Shown one piece after another: positions 47,664 through 60,464 of a stretch of 64,000 nucleotides of DNA (within the stretch, counting starts at the first letter, position 1; every line of letters starts with the position of its first letter). A program made the translations under genes and the position numbers. The DNA is taken from the NCBI GenBank assembly GCA_963514005.1, contig OY740804.1:41912001-41976000 (forward strand), read 5' to 3'. Source of the DNA: Raja brachyura (lineage: Eukaryota). Below the pieces are notes generated by a model. It made no database searches. It had not been told where the DNA came from and worked only from the letters and a program-made list of their open reading frames with translations.

Positions 47664-49122
47664 TCCTTTGCTCCTTAGATGCTGCTGCACCCGCTGAGTT
47701 TCTCCAGCCTTTTGTGTACCCTCGATTCTCCAGCATCTGCAGTTCCTTCTTTAACACATCAATGATAGGCTGTTTTATACAGTAAATTGCTAGATTCTGA
47801 AGAACATGGATGTGCTGAGGGATCTTGGAGTCCAAGTTCATAGCTCGCTGCAGTTGGCAGCACATGTAGATGGTAAAGTGGACGTACGGTATGCTTGCTT
47901 TCATTGCTAGAGGTGTTGAGCATAAGGGTCAGGAAGTCATTATGCAGTTCTATATGAGTTTGATGAAGTCGCAATTGGAGTATTGAGCACAGTTCCGATC
48001 GCCCCATGAAAGGGACGAAATGGAGGTTTTGGAGAGAGTACAAAACAGGTTAACCAGAATGCTGCCTGGATCAGCCACAGGGAGAGATTGGATATCCGTG
48101 GATTGTTTTCTCTGGAATGTCGGGAGTTCGTGGGAGACTTGATAGAAGTATATACAATGATGAGAGTCATTGATAGGGTAGACATTCAGTATCATTTTCC
48201 ATGATGGAAATGTCCAACACAAGAAGACATAGCTATAAGGTGTGAAGGGGACCATTGAATGCAGATGGGCGAGGCAAGTATTTTACATGGAGTGTGGTAC
48301 AGACCTGGAACGCATGGTGGTGGTGTGGGTGGATATGAGAGCGGTGTTTAAGAGGCTCATTGTAGGTACAGGGAAGTGCAGCGAGTACAAGGATATGGAT
48401 CAGGAGGCACAGTGACTCCTCCACATTCCTCACTGTGATGGAAGGCAAAAATTGTTCAACCTCTTCCCTTCTTTGTTCTCCCGCGGTCCTGGGCCTCGAG
48501 CCTTCCGTTGGTCTTGACTTCCATAGCCGGCGGCGGTCCCGCTGTGTCAGGGCGATCAAGCTCCTGCATCGGGGGGAATCTCAGCTCCCCACGCCGGGCG
48601 ATCTGACCCCCAGGTCGGGGCTGGTCAAACCGTCTGCAATGTTGAAGTTTCCCAACTCGGCCTCTCCAGAGGCTGCGAGCTCTTTGATGTTAAAGTCCGC
48701 AGAGCATCGATCCCAGGCAAGAAATCGGCTTCGATGTAAGTCCACGCCCCATGGTGGGGCTCAAAGTCAGTCCTGACCAAGGCCTCCAGCTCCATGATGT
48801 TAAGCTGCAGAGCGACCGGAGATATGACCCGGAAAACAATCGCATCTCCGGCAAGGTAAGAGATTGAAAAAAACGTTCCCTCGACCCCCTCCCTCACTCC
48901 TCACATAAAACAAACCAGAGAACATTAGCACACTTTCTAAACACACTAAAAATAATAAAAACAACGATATATTGTCCAACTTCTTGTTTTATCTAACCTT
49001 GTCTTTGCCCCGCATAAACCATGTTAGACCCAGCCCCTATATTCATTAAACTCACTGTACATAAAAAGGAAATAATGATCCGCTCTGTTCATAAATGTAT
49101 CGTGTTTTCTTTTCTCATATTT

Positions 49123-49438
49123 AGTTTTGTTTAGTTTGGAGACACAGCGTGGAAACAAGCCCTTCGGACCTCCGAGTCCACGCCGACCACTAGCACTCTC
49201 CAACACACTAGGGACAATCTACATTCCTTTCCAAAGCCAATTAACCAACAAAGCTGTACGTCTTTGGAGTGTGGGAGGAAACCGGAGCACCCAGAGAAAA
49301 CGCACGCAGTCACATGGAGAATGGACATACACCGTACAGACAGCCTCCAGTCAGGATCCAATCTGGGCCTCCGGCGCTGTAAGGCAGCAGCTCTACCACT
49401 TTGCCAGCCTTTTGCTCCATATGCCACTGTGCCGCCCC
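49123..49438 (-). mobile_element. tRNA-derived SINE (HE1-like)
   Basis: 5' GGGGCGGCACAGTGG..GTGGTAGAGCTGCTGCCTTACAGCGCC tRNA-like head; GGGTGCTCCGGTTTCCTCCCACACTCCAAAGAC core; (AAACT)n tail. Confidence 0.75.
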
Positions 49439-49450
49439 TATATCTACTAT

Positions 49451-52400
49451 AATAGTAAGATTAAATGAGAACTTACCAGTTTGAAGTTTGATCTTGATTT
49501 TATGAGGAGTTACGATAAGCGATTACGTGAACCATATAACAAAATATAACCATATAACAATTACAGCACGGAAACAGGCCATCTCGGCCCTTCAAATCCG
49601 TGCCGAACAACTTTTTTCCCTTAGTCCCACCTGCCTGCACTCATACCATAACCCTCCATACCCTTCTCATCCATATGCCTATCCAATTTATTTTTAAATG
49701 ATACCAACGAACCTGCCGCCACCACTTCCACTGGAAGCTCATTCCACACCGCCACCACTCTCTGAGTAAAGAAGTTCCCCCTCATGTTACCCCTAAACCT
49801 CTGTCCCTTAATTCTAAAGTCATGTCCTCTTGTTTGAATCTTCCCTATTCTCAAAGGGAAAAGCTTGTCCACATTAACTCTGTCTATCCCTCTCATCATT
49901 TTAAAGACCTCTATCAAGTCACCCCTTAACCTTCTGCGCTCCAGAGAATAAAGACCTAACTTATTCAACCTATCTCTGTAACTTAGCTGTTGAAACCCAG
50001 GCAACATTCTAGTAAATCTCCTCTGTACCCTCTCTATTTTGTTGACATCCTTCTTATAATTGGGCGACCAAAATTGTACACCATACTCCAGATTTGGTCT
50101 CACCAACGTCTTGTACAATTTTAACATTACATCCCAGCTTCTATACTCAATGCTCTGATTTATAAAGGCTAGCATACCAAGCTTTTGGTATATGGAGGGT
50201 GAAGAAGGCCGTCAGTCGTCATGCGCGTCAATCTTCAAAGCAGCGGTGTGGAATCACAGATAAAAGGTGTTGACCTAAAGATAGTAAGATTGGAAGAACT
50301 AGAACTACCAGATTACCTGATAATATGAGGGTTGGGAGCGGTGGGAAACGTAATCGCTCATCGTAACTCCTCATAAAATCAAGATCAAACTTCAAACTGG
50401 TAAGTTCTTGTTTAATCTTACTATTTTACTTCGGAGTCACGTGAGTGACTACGTGAAGATTTCAAGGCTCTGTGATTTCATGCCGGTTCGAATCCAGGCG
50501 CCACACTGAATGGATTGACCATGGATGTGTGAGAAAAAATGTTAAAGCATTCATAGTTAGGTAACAAACTGATGCTTTAATGCAAAACGAAAACAATAAT
50601 GACCCCGCTCAACCTGGGGGGAAACTATAAACAGAATTCCAAATGGTACGTGCAAACACCCCCGGTCCGGCAATAGATTTGTTATAAAACCGGCGGAACA
50701 TCCTCTCATTGGCCCATCCTGCCGCCGCTAGGATGTTGTCGAGGGGCACGTCCATAGCCCTTGCTGCCGACGTTGATGCTGCCCTGGTGGAGTGAGATTT
50801 ATAAACATCAGTATCTACTCCTACAAGTGCCAGTACCTCTTTTAGCCATCTGGAGATGGTTTGTGTGGACACCCTATGGTGTGGTTGTTTGTGGCTGATT
50901 AGTACAGCTAACTCTGTGCCTCTGAGGCTGCTGGTGACTGTAATATAGTGGTGCAAGTGATTTACCACACGCAGTCGCGAATCTTTGGGGTATGCCAAGA
51001 ACTCAAGCCTGTGTCCCGGCACCCAGGCCCTGCTCTGTTTTACTAATTCATTAATGATAAAAGTTATGGTGTTGGCAGTGTTGTGCATGTTGTCGAGTTG
51101 CAGTTTGTGTAGGGTCCGGACTCGTTGCACCGTAACGAGCACCATTAACATGACCACCTTGAGGGTGAGCTTTCGTAAGGATAATGTGGTGGCTGGACCC
51201 CACTGTCGGAGTAGCGTCAGCACTACACTTACATCCCATGTGTTGGTATATCGAGGCCTGGGGGGTGTAGTGTTATATATGCCTTTCATGAATCTGGTGA
51301 TAAGGGGATGCTTCCCCACCGGGAAGGCCCCCATTCCCAGTACTATATATGAGGACAGTGCACTCCTGGCACTGTTGATGGCACTGTAACCTAATGTTTG
51401 GTCATGATATAGAGTTGATAGGAATTCTAAAATGTCCGTGATGTCCAGTGTGTCATATGTTATGTTAGATGCCCTGCAATATGTTTCCCACTTCTTGATG
51501 TGGGAGACATACTGCTTTTGTGTGTGGGAAAACATACAAGAACATTCCTCCCCAATGCAGTGTGAAAGCATCCACTGCTAGTGCCCCTGGATCGGGCTCC
51601 CATGAGACATATTTGGGTAACTCGTGATTCAACCTGGAGGCAAACAAATCAATGTCCGGCGTGCCATATCGGCCAACAATGTCAGTGAACACTTCATGAT
51701 TCAACATCCATTCTGTGTTATCATTAAATTTTCGTGAAATAGTGTCCGCCACCATATTATATCTACCTGGCTGGTAGATAGCCGAGGCCCAAATGTTCCT
51801 TGCAATACACCAATGCCAAAGGAGGTTTGCCAATTTATCACATGATTCAGATCGTATTCCACCCATGTGATTGACATACTCCACTGCCGTGGTGTTGTCA
51901 ATCTGAAGGTGTACATGCACATGATGCATGTTGCTGCAATAAGCCTTTAAGCCACAGAGCGCTCTCAACAATTCTAAGTAGTTTATGCCATATTGTTGTA
52001 GTATTGATGATTCCTGGACATTCCATCTGCCCCCGCAGCTGGTGTTGGTATCTGTTGCCCCCCAGCCCAAGCCACTTGCATCGGTTTGTATTGTAACCAA
52101 TGGTGTGTCAATTTGAATTTCCTTAGAGCAATCCCACCGTTTTCCCTCATCAGCTGATGTTGTGTCAAAATAAAACAAGACAATGCCACCGGTATTTTGG
52201 TAGTGCCAGATTGGCCTACACAATGTACATTGGTGGCCCACCAGTGTAACTCCGCAATAGCGTCTGGTGGTAAATGCATATGTTCCCCGAATTTGCCTGC
52301 GTGAGCTTTGAGGGCTCGTTCCTTTGCTCTTTGTAAATTTTGGTAATGCAATGGTCCATAGTTTACACCTGGAAAGGCTGCAACAAGCTTGCCAATTATG

Positions 52401-54187
52401 CTTGCTGCTTGTCTAATTGTTGGTCTCTGATTAGCAATTAGCTTATTGCAGGCTTCCTTCAATGCTGATTGCTTGTCAGCTGGCAGAGTCACTTACATTT
52501 GATTTGAGTTGATGGTAAACCATAGGTAATCAATTACCTTGATTGGAGTCCATTTCGACTTAACTGGATGGATCACAAATCCCAACCTCTCAAACATGTG
52601 TTTGGTGGCTGAAACAGATGCTATTGCTGATTCCTTTGTGTTGCCAATTATTAGAATATCATCCAAATAAGCCATTACAATGAGGCTCTGAGCTCTTAGC
52701 AGTCCCAGGACTGGTTTTAGTAATTTTGTAAAAAGCCTGGGTGCCGAAGTCAGCCCATTTGGCAATGCCTTGAATTGCCACATCTGCCCCATGCAATTAA
52801 ATTTCAAATATCTTCTGTGTTCCCTATGTATAGATACGGAGTAATAAGCATATTTGAGGTCAATGTAAGCCATATAACATTCTTTGGAGACCAGCTGAAT
52901 AGCTGTACCAAAGTTGTCCATTTTAAAATGTTTCTACCTCATATGGGTATTGAGTTCCGTCAAGTCTAGGATAATACGACTCCCTCCATCTTTCTTTGGC
53001 TTGGGGAATATATTTGATACGAATTGGTTTGATTCCGGGCAAGACCTCTGAATCACCCCTTTTGCTATTAAAGCCTGAATTTCAGCCTCTATCTCAAACC
53101 TTTCCTGTTGAGGGAACAGATATGTGCAGTTTGGTACATTTTGAGTGGTTGGTGCTGAGCCAAGAAGGAACTCAATTTTAAACCCTTCTACACTGCAGTA
53201 TGAACAGGTCTGCTGTTATCCAAGTCCATTCATTCAAAAAATGTTTTAACCTTCCCCCAACTTGTAAATTAGAGGTGTGTGACTTGTCCCATAAGGGACC
53301 AGAGAGTCCTACCTTTAGTGTTACCGCCTGTGTGGTCCTGGCCTCCTGCCTCCCTCTCTGGGACTGGTGGGCTCTGCATCCTGTCCACGAGCTCCTAGGC
53401 CGGTTGCGCCTGTGGTGGAAGGTGGCATATGGATGCCCTCGTAGTGATGAGCCCCTGGGTGGAGTTGAGGCTCGGCTCATGAGGCGGAGCATCTTGGCCT
53501 CGTCATCCAGCTCTCTTACCTGCTTCGGCAGGTCTGCCCCAAACAAATAGTTTGCCGGCTGTACATTGCTGGCTTTACACAGCACGGCAAACTTCGGGTT
53601 CAGTGCCGGTCGTATGGCACTCTTCCTCAGACAGTTAATTTTAAATGACCTGCCATGTAATGGGCTGCCACCACTGTCTATTTATCCTTTTATCCTTTTT
53701 ATCCACTTTATCCATGCCTATCCTATTAATTTATCGTGTTGCACAGGGAGCCAAATGCAACGAAATTTCGTTTGGAACTGCATATATCAATGTATTTCTA
53801 AATGACAATAAAGTTTGTTTGTTTCACTTGAAATAAAGCATTGCAGAGGAGCCCCACTGCATCCTGTTGTGTCTCCGTCAGTGGCCCGCCCTCAATAGAC
53901 CTGGCAAATGCCTTTACCCCTGAGGCCAGTATTTTCAGAATTTCAGAAGTTTTACTTCCTGGGCTCTTACCCCTGGCCCTATATGGCCCCAGATGGCATG
54001 GTTTACAGCAGGCACACTGAGGGAGGCACAGTTGACAGGGGTGCTATATCGGCTCGTAGTCTCCTCCATTACCTGGTCCTTTGGCTGGTGCGAGGCCAGA
54101 TAGTTAATGGTGGTGGCCAGTTCTTCATCCAGAGCCCTCTGGTATGGGTGGGTATGGCAAACTTGGATGCCAACAACGGCACTGTGT
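49451..54187 (-). mobile_element. Second DIRS1-type element, 5'-truncated and internally rearranged
   Basis: Same terminus AATAGTAAGATTAAATGAG; ICR ~50359-50460; YR 50609-51520 (HSTRAASTS); RT YLDDIL; RNaseH QTDASGLGWGA. CR1 insert at ~49530-50185; cut by CR1 at 54188. Confidence 0.9.
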
Positions 54188-55790
54188 AACCATATAACCA
54201 TATAACAATTACAGCACGGAAACAGGCCTTCTCGGCCCTTCCAGTCCGTGCCGACCATTTATTTTCCCCTAGTCCCATCTACCCGCACTCAGACCATACC
54301 CCTCCATTCCCTTCCCGTCCATATACCTATCCACTTTACTTTTAAATGTTAAAATCGATCCTGCCTCCACCACTTCTGCAGGAAGATCATTCCACACAGC
54401 CACCACTCTCTGAGTAAAGAAGTTCCCCCTCATGTTACCCCTAAACTTCTGTCCCTTAATTCTCATGTCATGCCCTCTTGTTTGAATCTTTCCTACTCTC
54501 AATGGGAAAAGCTTATCCACGTCAACTCTGTCTATCCCTTTCATCATTTTAAAGACCTCAATCAAGTCCCCCCTTAACCTTCTGCGCTCCAAAGAATAAA
54601 TACCTAACTTGTTCAACCTTTCTCTGTAACTTAGTTGCTGGAACCCAGGCAACATTCTAGTAAATCTCCTCTGTACTCTCTCTATTTTGTTGACATCCTT
54701 CCTATAATTAGGCGACCAAAATTGTACACCATACTCCAGAATTGGACTTACCAATGCCTTGTACAATTTTAACATTATTTCCCTACTCCTATATTCAATG
54801 CTCTGATTTATGAAGGCCAGCACACCAAAAGCTTTCTTTACCACCCTATCTACATGCGATTCCACCTTCAGGGAACTATGCACAGTTATTCCTAGATCCC
54901 TCTGTTCCACAGCATTCCTCAATTCCCTACCATTTACCATGTACGTCCTATTTTGATTTGTCCTGCCAAGATGTAGCACCTCACACTTATCAGCATTAAA
55001 CTCCATCTGGCATCCTTCAGCCCACTCTTCCAAATCTCTCTGTAGACTTTGAAAATCTACTTCATTATCCACAGCACCCCCTATCTTAGTATCATCTGCA
55101 TACTTACTTATCCAATTTTCCACCCCATCATCTAGATCATTGATGTACATGACAAACAACAGTGGACCCAACACAGATCCCTGAGGCACCCCACTGGTCA
55201 CCGACTTCCAACCTGACAAACAGCCATCCATCATTACTCTCTGGCATCTCCCATTCAGCCACTGTTGAATCCATCTTGCTACTCCGCCATTAACACCCAA
55301 AGATTGAACCTTCTTAACCAACCTTCCATGGGGAACCTTGTCAAAGGCCTTACTGAAATCCATATCGACAACATCCACTGCTTGACCCTCATCAATTTCC
55401 CCAGTAACCTCTTCAAAAAATTCAAGAAGGTTTGTCAAACATGACCTTCCAGGCACAAATCCATGTTGTTGAAGACTGTTCTTGACTGATCCCCAGGGTG
55501 TTCCCCACGGTGTCAACACCCTACCCCCAATACCATGTGCTCTAATTTTAGTCACCAGTCTCCCGTGCGGGACCTTATTAAAGGCTTTCTGAAAGTCTAG
55601 ATACACTACATTCACTGGCACCCCTTCATCCATTTTACTTGTCACATCCTCAAAAAATTCCAGAAGATTAGTCAAGCATAATTTTCCATTCATAAATCCA
55701 TGTTGACATGGACTAATCCTTTTACTGCGATCCAAATGCCCCATTATTACCTCTTTAATAATTGACTCCAGCATCTTTCCCATCACCTCA
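54188..55790 (-). mobile_element. Two juxtaposed CR1 RT fragments
   Basis: The RT block QHGF..CLTNLLEFFE..DFxKAFxKVPHGRL occurs twice; AACCATAT tail at 54188. Confidence 0.88.
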
Positions 55791-56114
55791 ATCATATTTC
55801 CTGCCCCCAGCACCAGCTCAACTGGGTCCCCTGCTAAAATTACAAGGAATTTACTACATTTTTCACAAGCAAAGTTAAGAACATCATATCGAATATTTCC
55901 CCTCCCATCCGTGACCTGGCTGTCTCATTGGTCTGTTCTTCAAAATTAGACTGTTTCCAACCCAATTTTAGGGGAAAATAAATGGTCGGCACGGACTGGA
56001 AGGGCCGAGAAGGCCTGTTTCCGTGCTGTAATTGTTATATGGTTATATGGTTAACCCGTTACTCTACCCTCCCTTGTAAAACTGGTCACCTCCATGAAAT
56101 CTACTACCTGCCCC

Positions 56115-56670
56115 TGTGAAGGTAAATCTTGAATAAGAGCTGTAAGATTGCTCTGTAAAGGTAAAATGGTTTGGCCAGGTGAACTGGATTAAAACATGAA
56201 ATGTCTGCTGGCCAAAGTTGCTGACTATGTGGCTGCAGGTTTCAGGAAGTTGTGGTCATGAGGAATACACATTGTCCTGCTGTTGCTGCATATTCGTGAC
56301 TTTGGTATTCCTCGCACCCGTCTGACTGAGATGGCTGGCGACCAGAAGTCTGAGGAATATACAAATCGCCGCGCCAGAAAGTCTGAGGAATGTACCTGTC
56401 TTAGCCCTAGTATTGTTCCAATAAATAACATCTCCCCTGTTATCTTGACCATTGTGTATGTGTCTGTTGCTTAATTGGATAATGTGTGAGACATAAGCGG
56501 TAGCATTAAAAGTATATAAGGCATTACGACTAAAGGCATTGAGCTTGACGCTTTGCTGGGTTGCTGATCTGTGTAAAGACTCCTGCCAAATAAACGTACG
56601 TTTAAACCAACCCAGTTGTCCGGTCGATTATTGTCGAAACAACCGATGTAAGCGAAAACCGAGTTCAACA
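56115..56670 (+). repeat. ERV 5' LTR
   Basis: 556 bp, TGTGAA...TTCAACA; TATATAA at ~56513 and AATAAA at ~56589; direct repeat of 59911-60464. Confidence 0.93.
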
Positions 56671-56672
56671 TT

Positions 56673-56690
56673 TGGTACCAGGAGTGGGAT
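56673..56690 (+). promoter_or_regulatory. Primer-binding site, tRNA-Leu(TAA)-type
   Basis: TGGTACCAGGAGTGGG just after the 5' LTR; complementary to the vertebrate tRNA-Leu(TAA) 3' end CCCACTCCTGGTACCA (recalled, not searched). Confidence 0.75.
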
Positions 56691-57897
56691 GTCAACCGAT
56701 GACTGAGCCTGTCGGTTGAGAAACGCTGACGGGAGGGGAGATCGGAGGAGGAGTGCGCACCCAAGTGAGTACATTTAGTTAAATTGCCACTTGGTCCTAC
56801 CTCAGATCTCGTCGCCCTAAGGTACTTCACCGGCACGGGTCAGTTGAAGGGACGTCATCCGAACGTTCCGGTTGTGGGCACTGGGATAGGGCCGTCTCAA
56901 GGATTGTCCTAGTCTGATCGAGCGGATAAAACGCCCCATAGAGGGGGACCGTCGACGGTATATAAAAGGAGTCCACTGGGGGGGGGGGGGGGGGGGAGGA
57001 TGGAAATGTAATGGTTATTGAATCGTCGTGAAGAAGGCGACTGATTAATAGTATTGAGACGTTAACCGAGACCAAGGCACCCCCGTACCTCACAGAAAGT
57101 CTGCCTTACGCTGGTTGTTAAGGGAGGAAATCCTTCACGTGAAGGTCAGGATTTGAAGTGACAGAGTGAGATACGGCAGAACCAAGGACTCACGGTTGAC
57201 CCTGAAATATTGGTGTGTAATAGTATAAATATAAAAATGGGTAACGGCACGGACACCAGTGGTCACCTAGACCAGCCATTACATCAGCTATCTTTCTTGC
57301 ATCTGGAAATGGAGGAGACCTTCAGGCATGTGTCGGGAGGACTCATCCATAAACTGGGGAAGGATGAATGGCCTGAAGGGGGTTCCAAGGATATGAGTGT
57401 GGTGTCAAGGGCCCAGAGTGTAATATGGAAAAAGGATCTTTTTTTTAATTACAAGAAGGCCATTCAGTTGTGGATCGATCATTGTAACATGGAAAAGGCA
57501 TGGTCTTTAACAGCCAGTTGGCAGAGTAATGCCTTGAAACTAGGAATACCCCTTACCGAGGGGGGTCTGGAGAAGTCGGTGACAATATTAAAACAGGAAT
57601 GTAGGCATGCTAAGGGGAATAAGGATCGTCAGGAGCGAGAGAGACAAAATAAGGCCGAGGTAGATGAAGACTTATGTAAGTCGGTGGCTGGCATAGATTT
57701 GGGAGGTGACGAGGAGGAGGAGGTAGAGGATTGCCATTGGGGAGTCCGTGGAGCACCCCCGCTGAACCAGCCTGCCCCCGTTGCCAGTCCCGTGTGGTCT
57801 CTGACCTGTTGAATGCTATCCTCCTGCCCTCTGCGGTACCGTAATTAAATGTGCGGCCCACACGACGAGAGATTCCCCGGTCCAAATCGGTAACAGG

Positions 57898-59208
57898 TTG
57901 GCTGACGAAGCGGCTAAGTGTGCTTCACGTGGTATATCTAAAGTGGGGGGCAGTATGATGAGGCGGGTGAAAAGCCTTCATATGGGCTCGTCTGAATCTG
58001 GGGAACCTATGCCAACCATGAATGATGTACTACTCTTACAGGGGGGCGCCTCTGTTGATGTTATAATGGAATGGGAGCAGCTGGGCTGTCAGAAGGCTGA
58101 TTCCGGATTGTGGCTCACGCCGGCCGGACAGACCTGTATGACAGACCAGTTAGCGACCTGGGTCGTTGATTGCCTACATCTAGCCACTCACTGTGGGGCC
58201 ACCTTGCTAGTAGACGCTCTCTTACAGGCATGGTGGCATCCTTGACTTAAGGTTTTGGCGGCCCAAACTAGCGCACGGTGCCTCACCTGTGTTACACACA
58301 ACCCTGGTAAAAGAGTTGTCTGCCAGACGGGTCGTACTCCATTACCTACTGCTCTGTTTGAAACCTTACAGATGGATTTTATTGATTTGCCTAAGTGTCA
58401 GTGTTATAAACATGTACTTGTCATTGTTGATGTGTTTTCTAGATGGATTTAAGCCTTTCCCACCACTGATTGCACTGCTTCTGCAGTGGTGTCTATTTTA
58501 TTACGGCAGTTTGTTCCTCGCTTTGGGGTTCCAAACACCATCAGTTCGGGTAACGGCCCTCACTTTATTGCCGCTATCAATAAAGAATTGTGCCGACAGC
58601 TGGGCGTAACCCAGCGGCTGCATTCTGCTTATCGCCCACAGGCTGCAGGAACGGTGGAACGCTTGAACCAGACCCTGAAGACCAAGCTTGCCAAGCTGGT
58701 GGACCAATCGGACTCCACCTGGGTTAAAATGCTGCCTGTTGCCTTGTTTCAGATTAGAGTCCTTCCCGCAGGGAAGATAAGGTTGTCTCCTGCAGAGATC
58801 ATCTATGGCCGACCCCTGCGCACCTCCTGGACAGACATTATCCTGGCCACAATGACATTGCATCATATGACGGAGGAGATGGTCTCTTACGTCCTTGCCC
58901 TTACAAGGGCCCTGCCTGAGATTCACGGGGAGGTCAAGGCCGCTTATGTGGGCGACATAGACTTTCCTGTTGATGGACGGATCACCCCGGGCTCTTATGT
59001 GTTGATTAAGAATTGGGTTCGTAAGGACACGCTTTCTCCTCGATGGTTGGGCCCCTTCCAGGTTCCCCTTACCACCCCCACTGCGGTAAAGGTGGAAGGA
59101 CGATCGGCATGGGTGCATTTGCACCATTGTAAAGAGCTTGGTGACACCAAGCAAAGGGGAGAGGTAAGGGAGAAGGATCCGGTCCACAAAAAGTATGGTA
59201 CAAATTAA
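57898..59208 (+). pseudogene. Retroviral integrase (with RNaseH C-terminal remnant), two in-frame stops
   Basis: HHCC zinc finger, catalytic core with second Asp apparently changed to Gly (ISSGNGPHF), GPF C-terminal module; stops at 58243-58245 and 58450-58452. Confidence 0.88.
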
Positions 59209-59910
59209 TTTTGCCAAGAAGGTGCACGTTCTTTTCTCTTTTCCCCTCCCTTGTGTTCGCAGATACAAAATAAACCGCTAAGATTAGGGTCATCGTGGCA
59301 TTAATATGTGTGACGACCACAGTAGGGTTAATCGGTTTCAGTTGGAAATGGACAAAGCCTGAATACAGATGGAACAAACAAGAAAGGAAAGGGGAACGGG
59401 AAAAGTCCAATCTATTTATTCGGGCACACAATGAGCTATTCGGGAAGGGACAGGTGGTTTGTTATCCACAAATGATATTGGTTACCACCCTGTTTACCCC
59501 ACCCCCTGCAGGGGGCAGCACTGAACGACTGGTGAAGTGCCAGGATGAAAAACTGGTCCCTGTCAATCCCGTTATCATCAGCTATGATGGGCTTCTCGCT
59601 CCACCGGCCACTGCTTACCACTCCCTAAGAACAATAACCACCTCAATGACAATTGCTATAATGGATCTAGGACAGCGTCAAGAGCACCGGCTAGGGCATG
59701 TAACTTCACCACCAATAATGACAACAGCGTGGGCAGGAGAGACTGATACCATTCCCCAACGACAGCAGACGATGAAGTGAGTAAGGAAGGAGAATTGAAG
59801 GAAAAGAGCCAAGAGGCCGTGGCCAGGGAACTAGAAGGTTACGAGATTCGGCGAATGGGACTTTTTTAATGAACTATGAGTGTTGCCATAAGAATGGCAA
59901 AAGGGGGGAT

Positions 59911-60464
59911 TGTGAATGTAAAACTTGAATAAGCGCAGTAAGATCGTTCTGTAAAGGTAAAATGGTTTGGCTAAGTGAACTGGATTAAAACATAAAATGT
60001 CTGCTGGCCAAAGTTGCTGACTATGTGGCTGCAGGTTTCAGGAAGTTGTGGTCATGAGGAATACACATTGTCCTGCTGTTGCTGCATATTCGTGACTTTG
60101 GTATTCCCCACACCCGTCTGACTGAGATGGCTGGCGACCAGAAGGCTGAGGAATATACAAAGCACCGCGCCAGAAAGTCTGAGGAATGTACCTGTCTTAG
60201 CCCTAGTATTGTTCCAATAAATAACATCTCCCCTGTTATCTTGACCATTGCGTATGTGTCAGTTGCTTAATTGGATAATGTGTGAGACATAAACGGTAGC
60301 ATTCAAAGTATATAAGACATTACGAATAAAGCCATTGAGCTTGACTCTTTGCTAAGTTGCTGATCTGTGTAAAGACCTGCCGAATAAACGTACGTTTAAA
60401 GCAACCCATGTGTCCGGTCGATTATTGTCGAAACAACCGATGTAAGCGAAAACTGTGTTCAACA
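59911..60464 (+). repeat. ERV 3' LTR preceded by polypurine tract AAAAGGGGGGA
   Basis: 554-bp direct repeat of the 5' LTR, followed by the CCCC TSD. Confidence 0.93.

Larger units (their letters stand above)
56115..60464 (+). mobile_element. Endogenous retrovirus (class I/epsilon-like), internally deleted provirus
   Basis: Paired LTRs TG...CA, CCCC TSD, PBS, PPT, MG-start gag fragment, RNaseH tail (LADEAAK), integrase (HLATH..CLTC, LQMDFI, VIVDVFSRW, GNGPHF, ERLNQTLK, GPFQV), env-like remnant. Confidence 0.92.

Noticed and set aside
54269-55813. 514-aa ORF as an intact RT gene
   Set aside because: It is a chance in-frame join of two CR1 fragments with a duplicated RT block and no endonuclease.
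58501-59268. 255-aa antisense ORF in the ERV
   Set aside because: Shadow frame of the integrase with no recognisable motifs.
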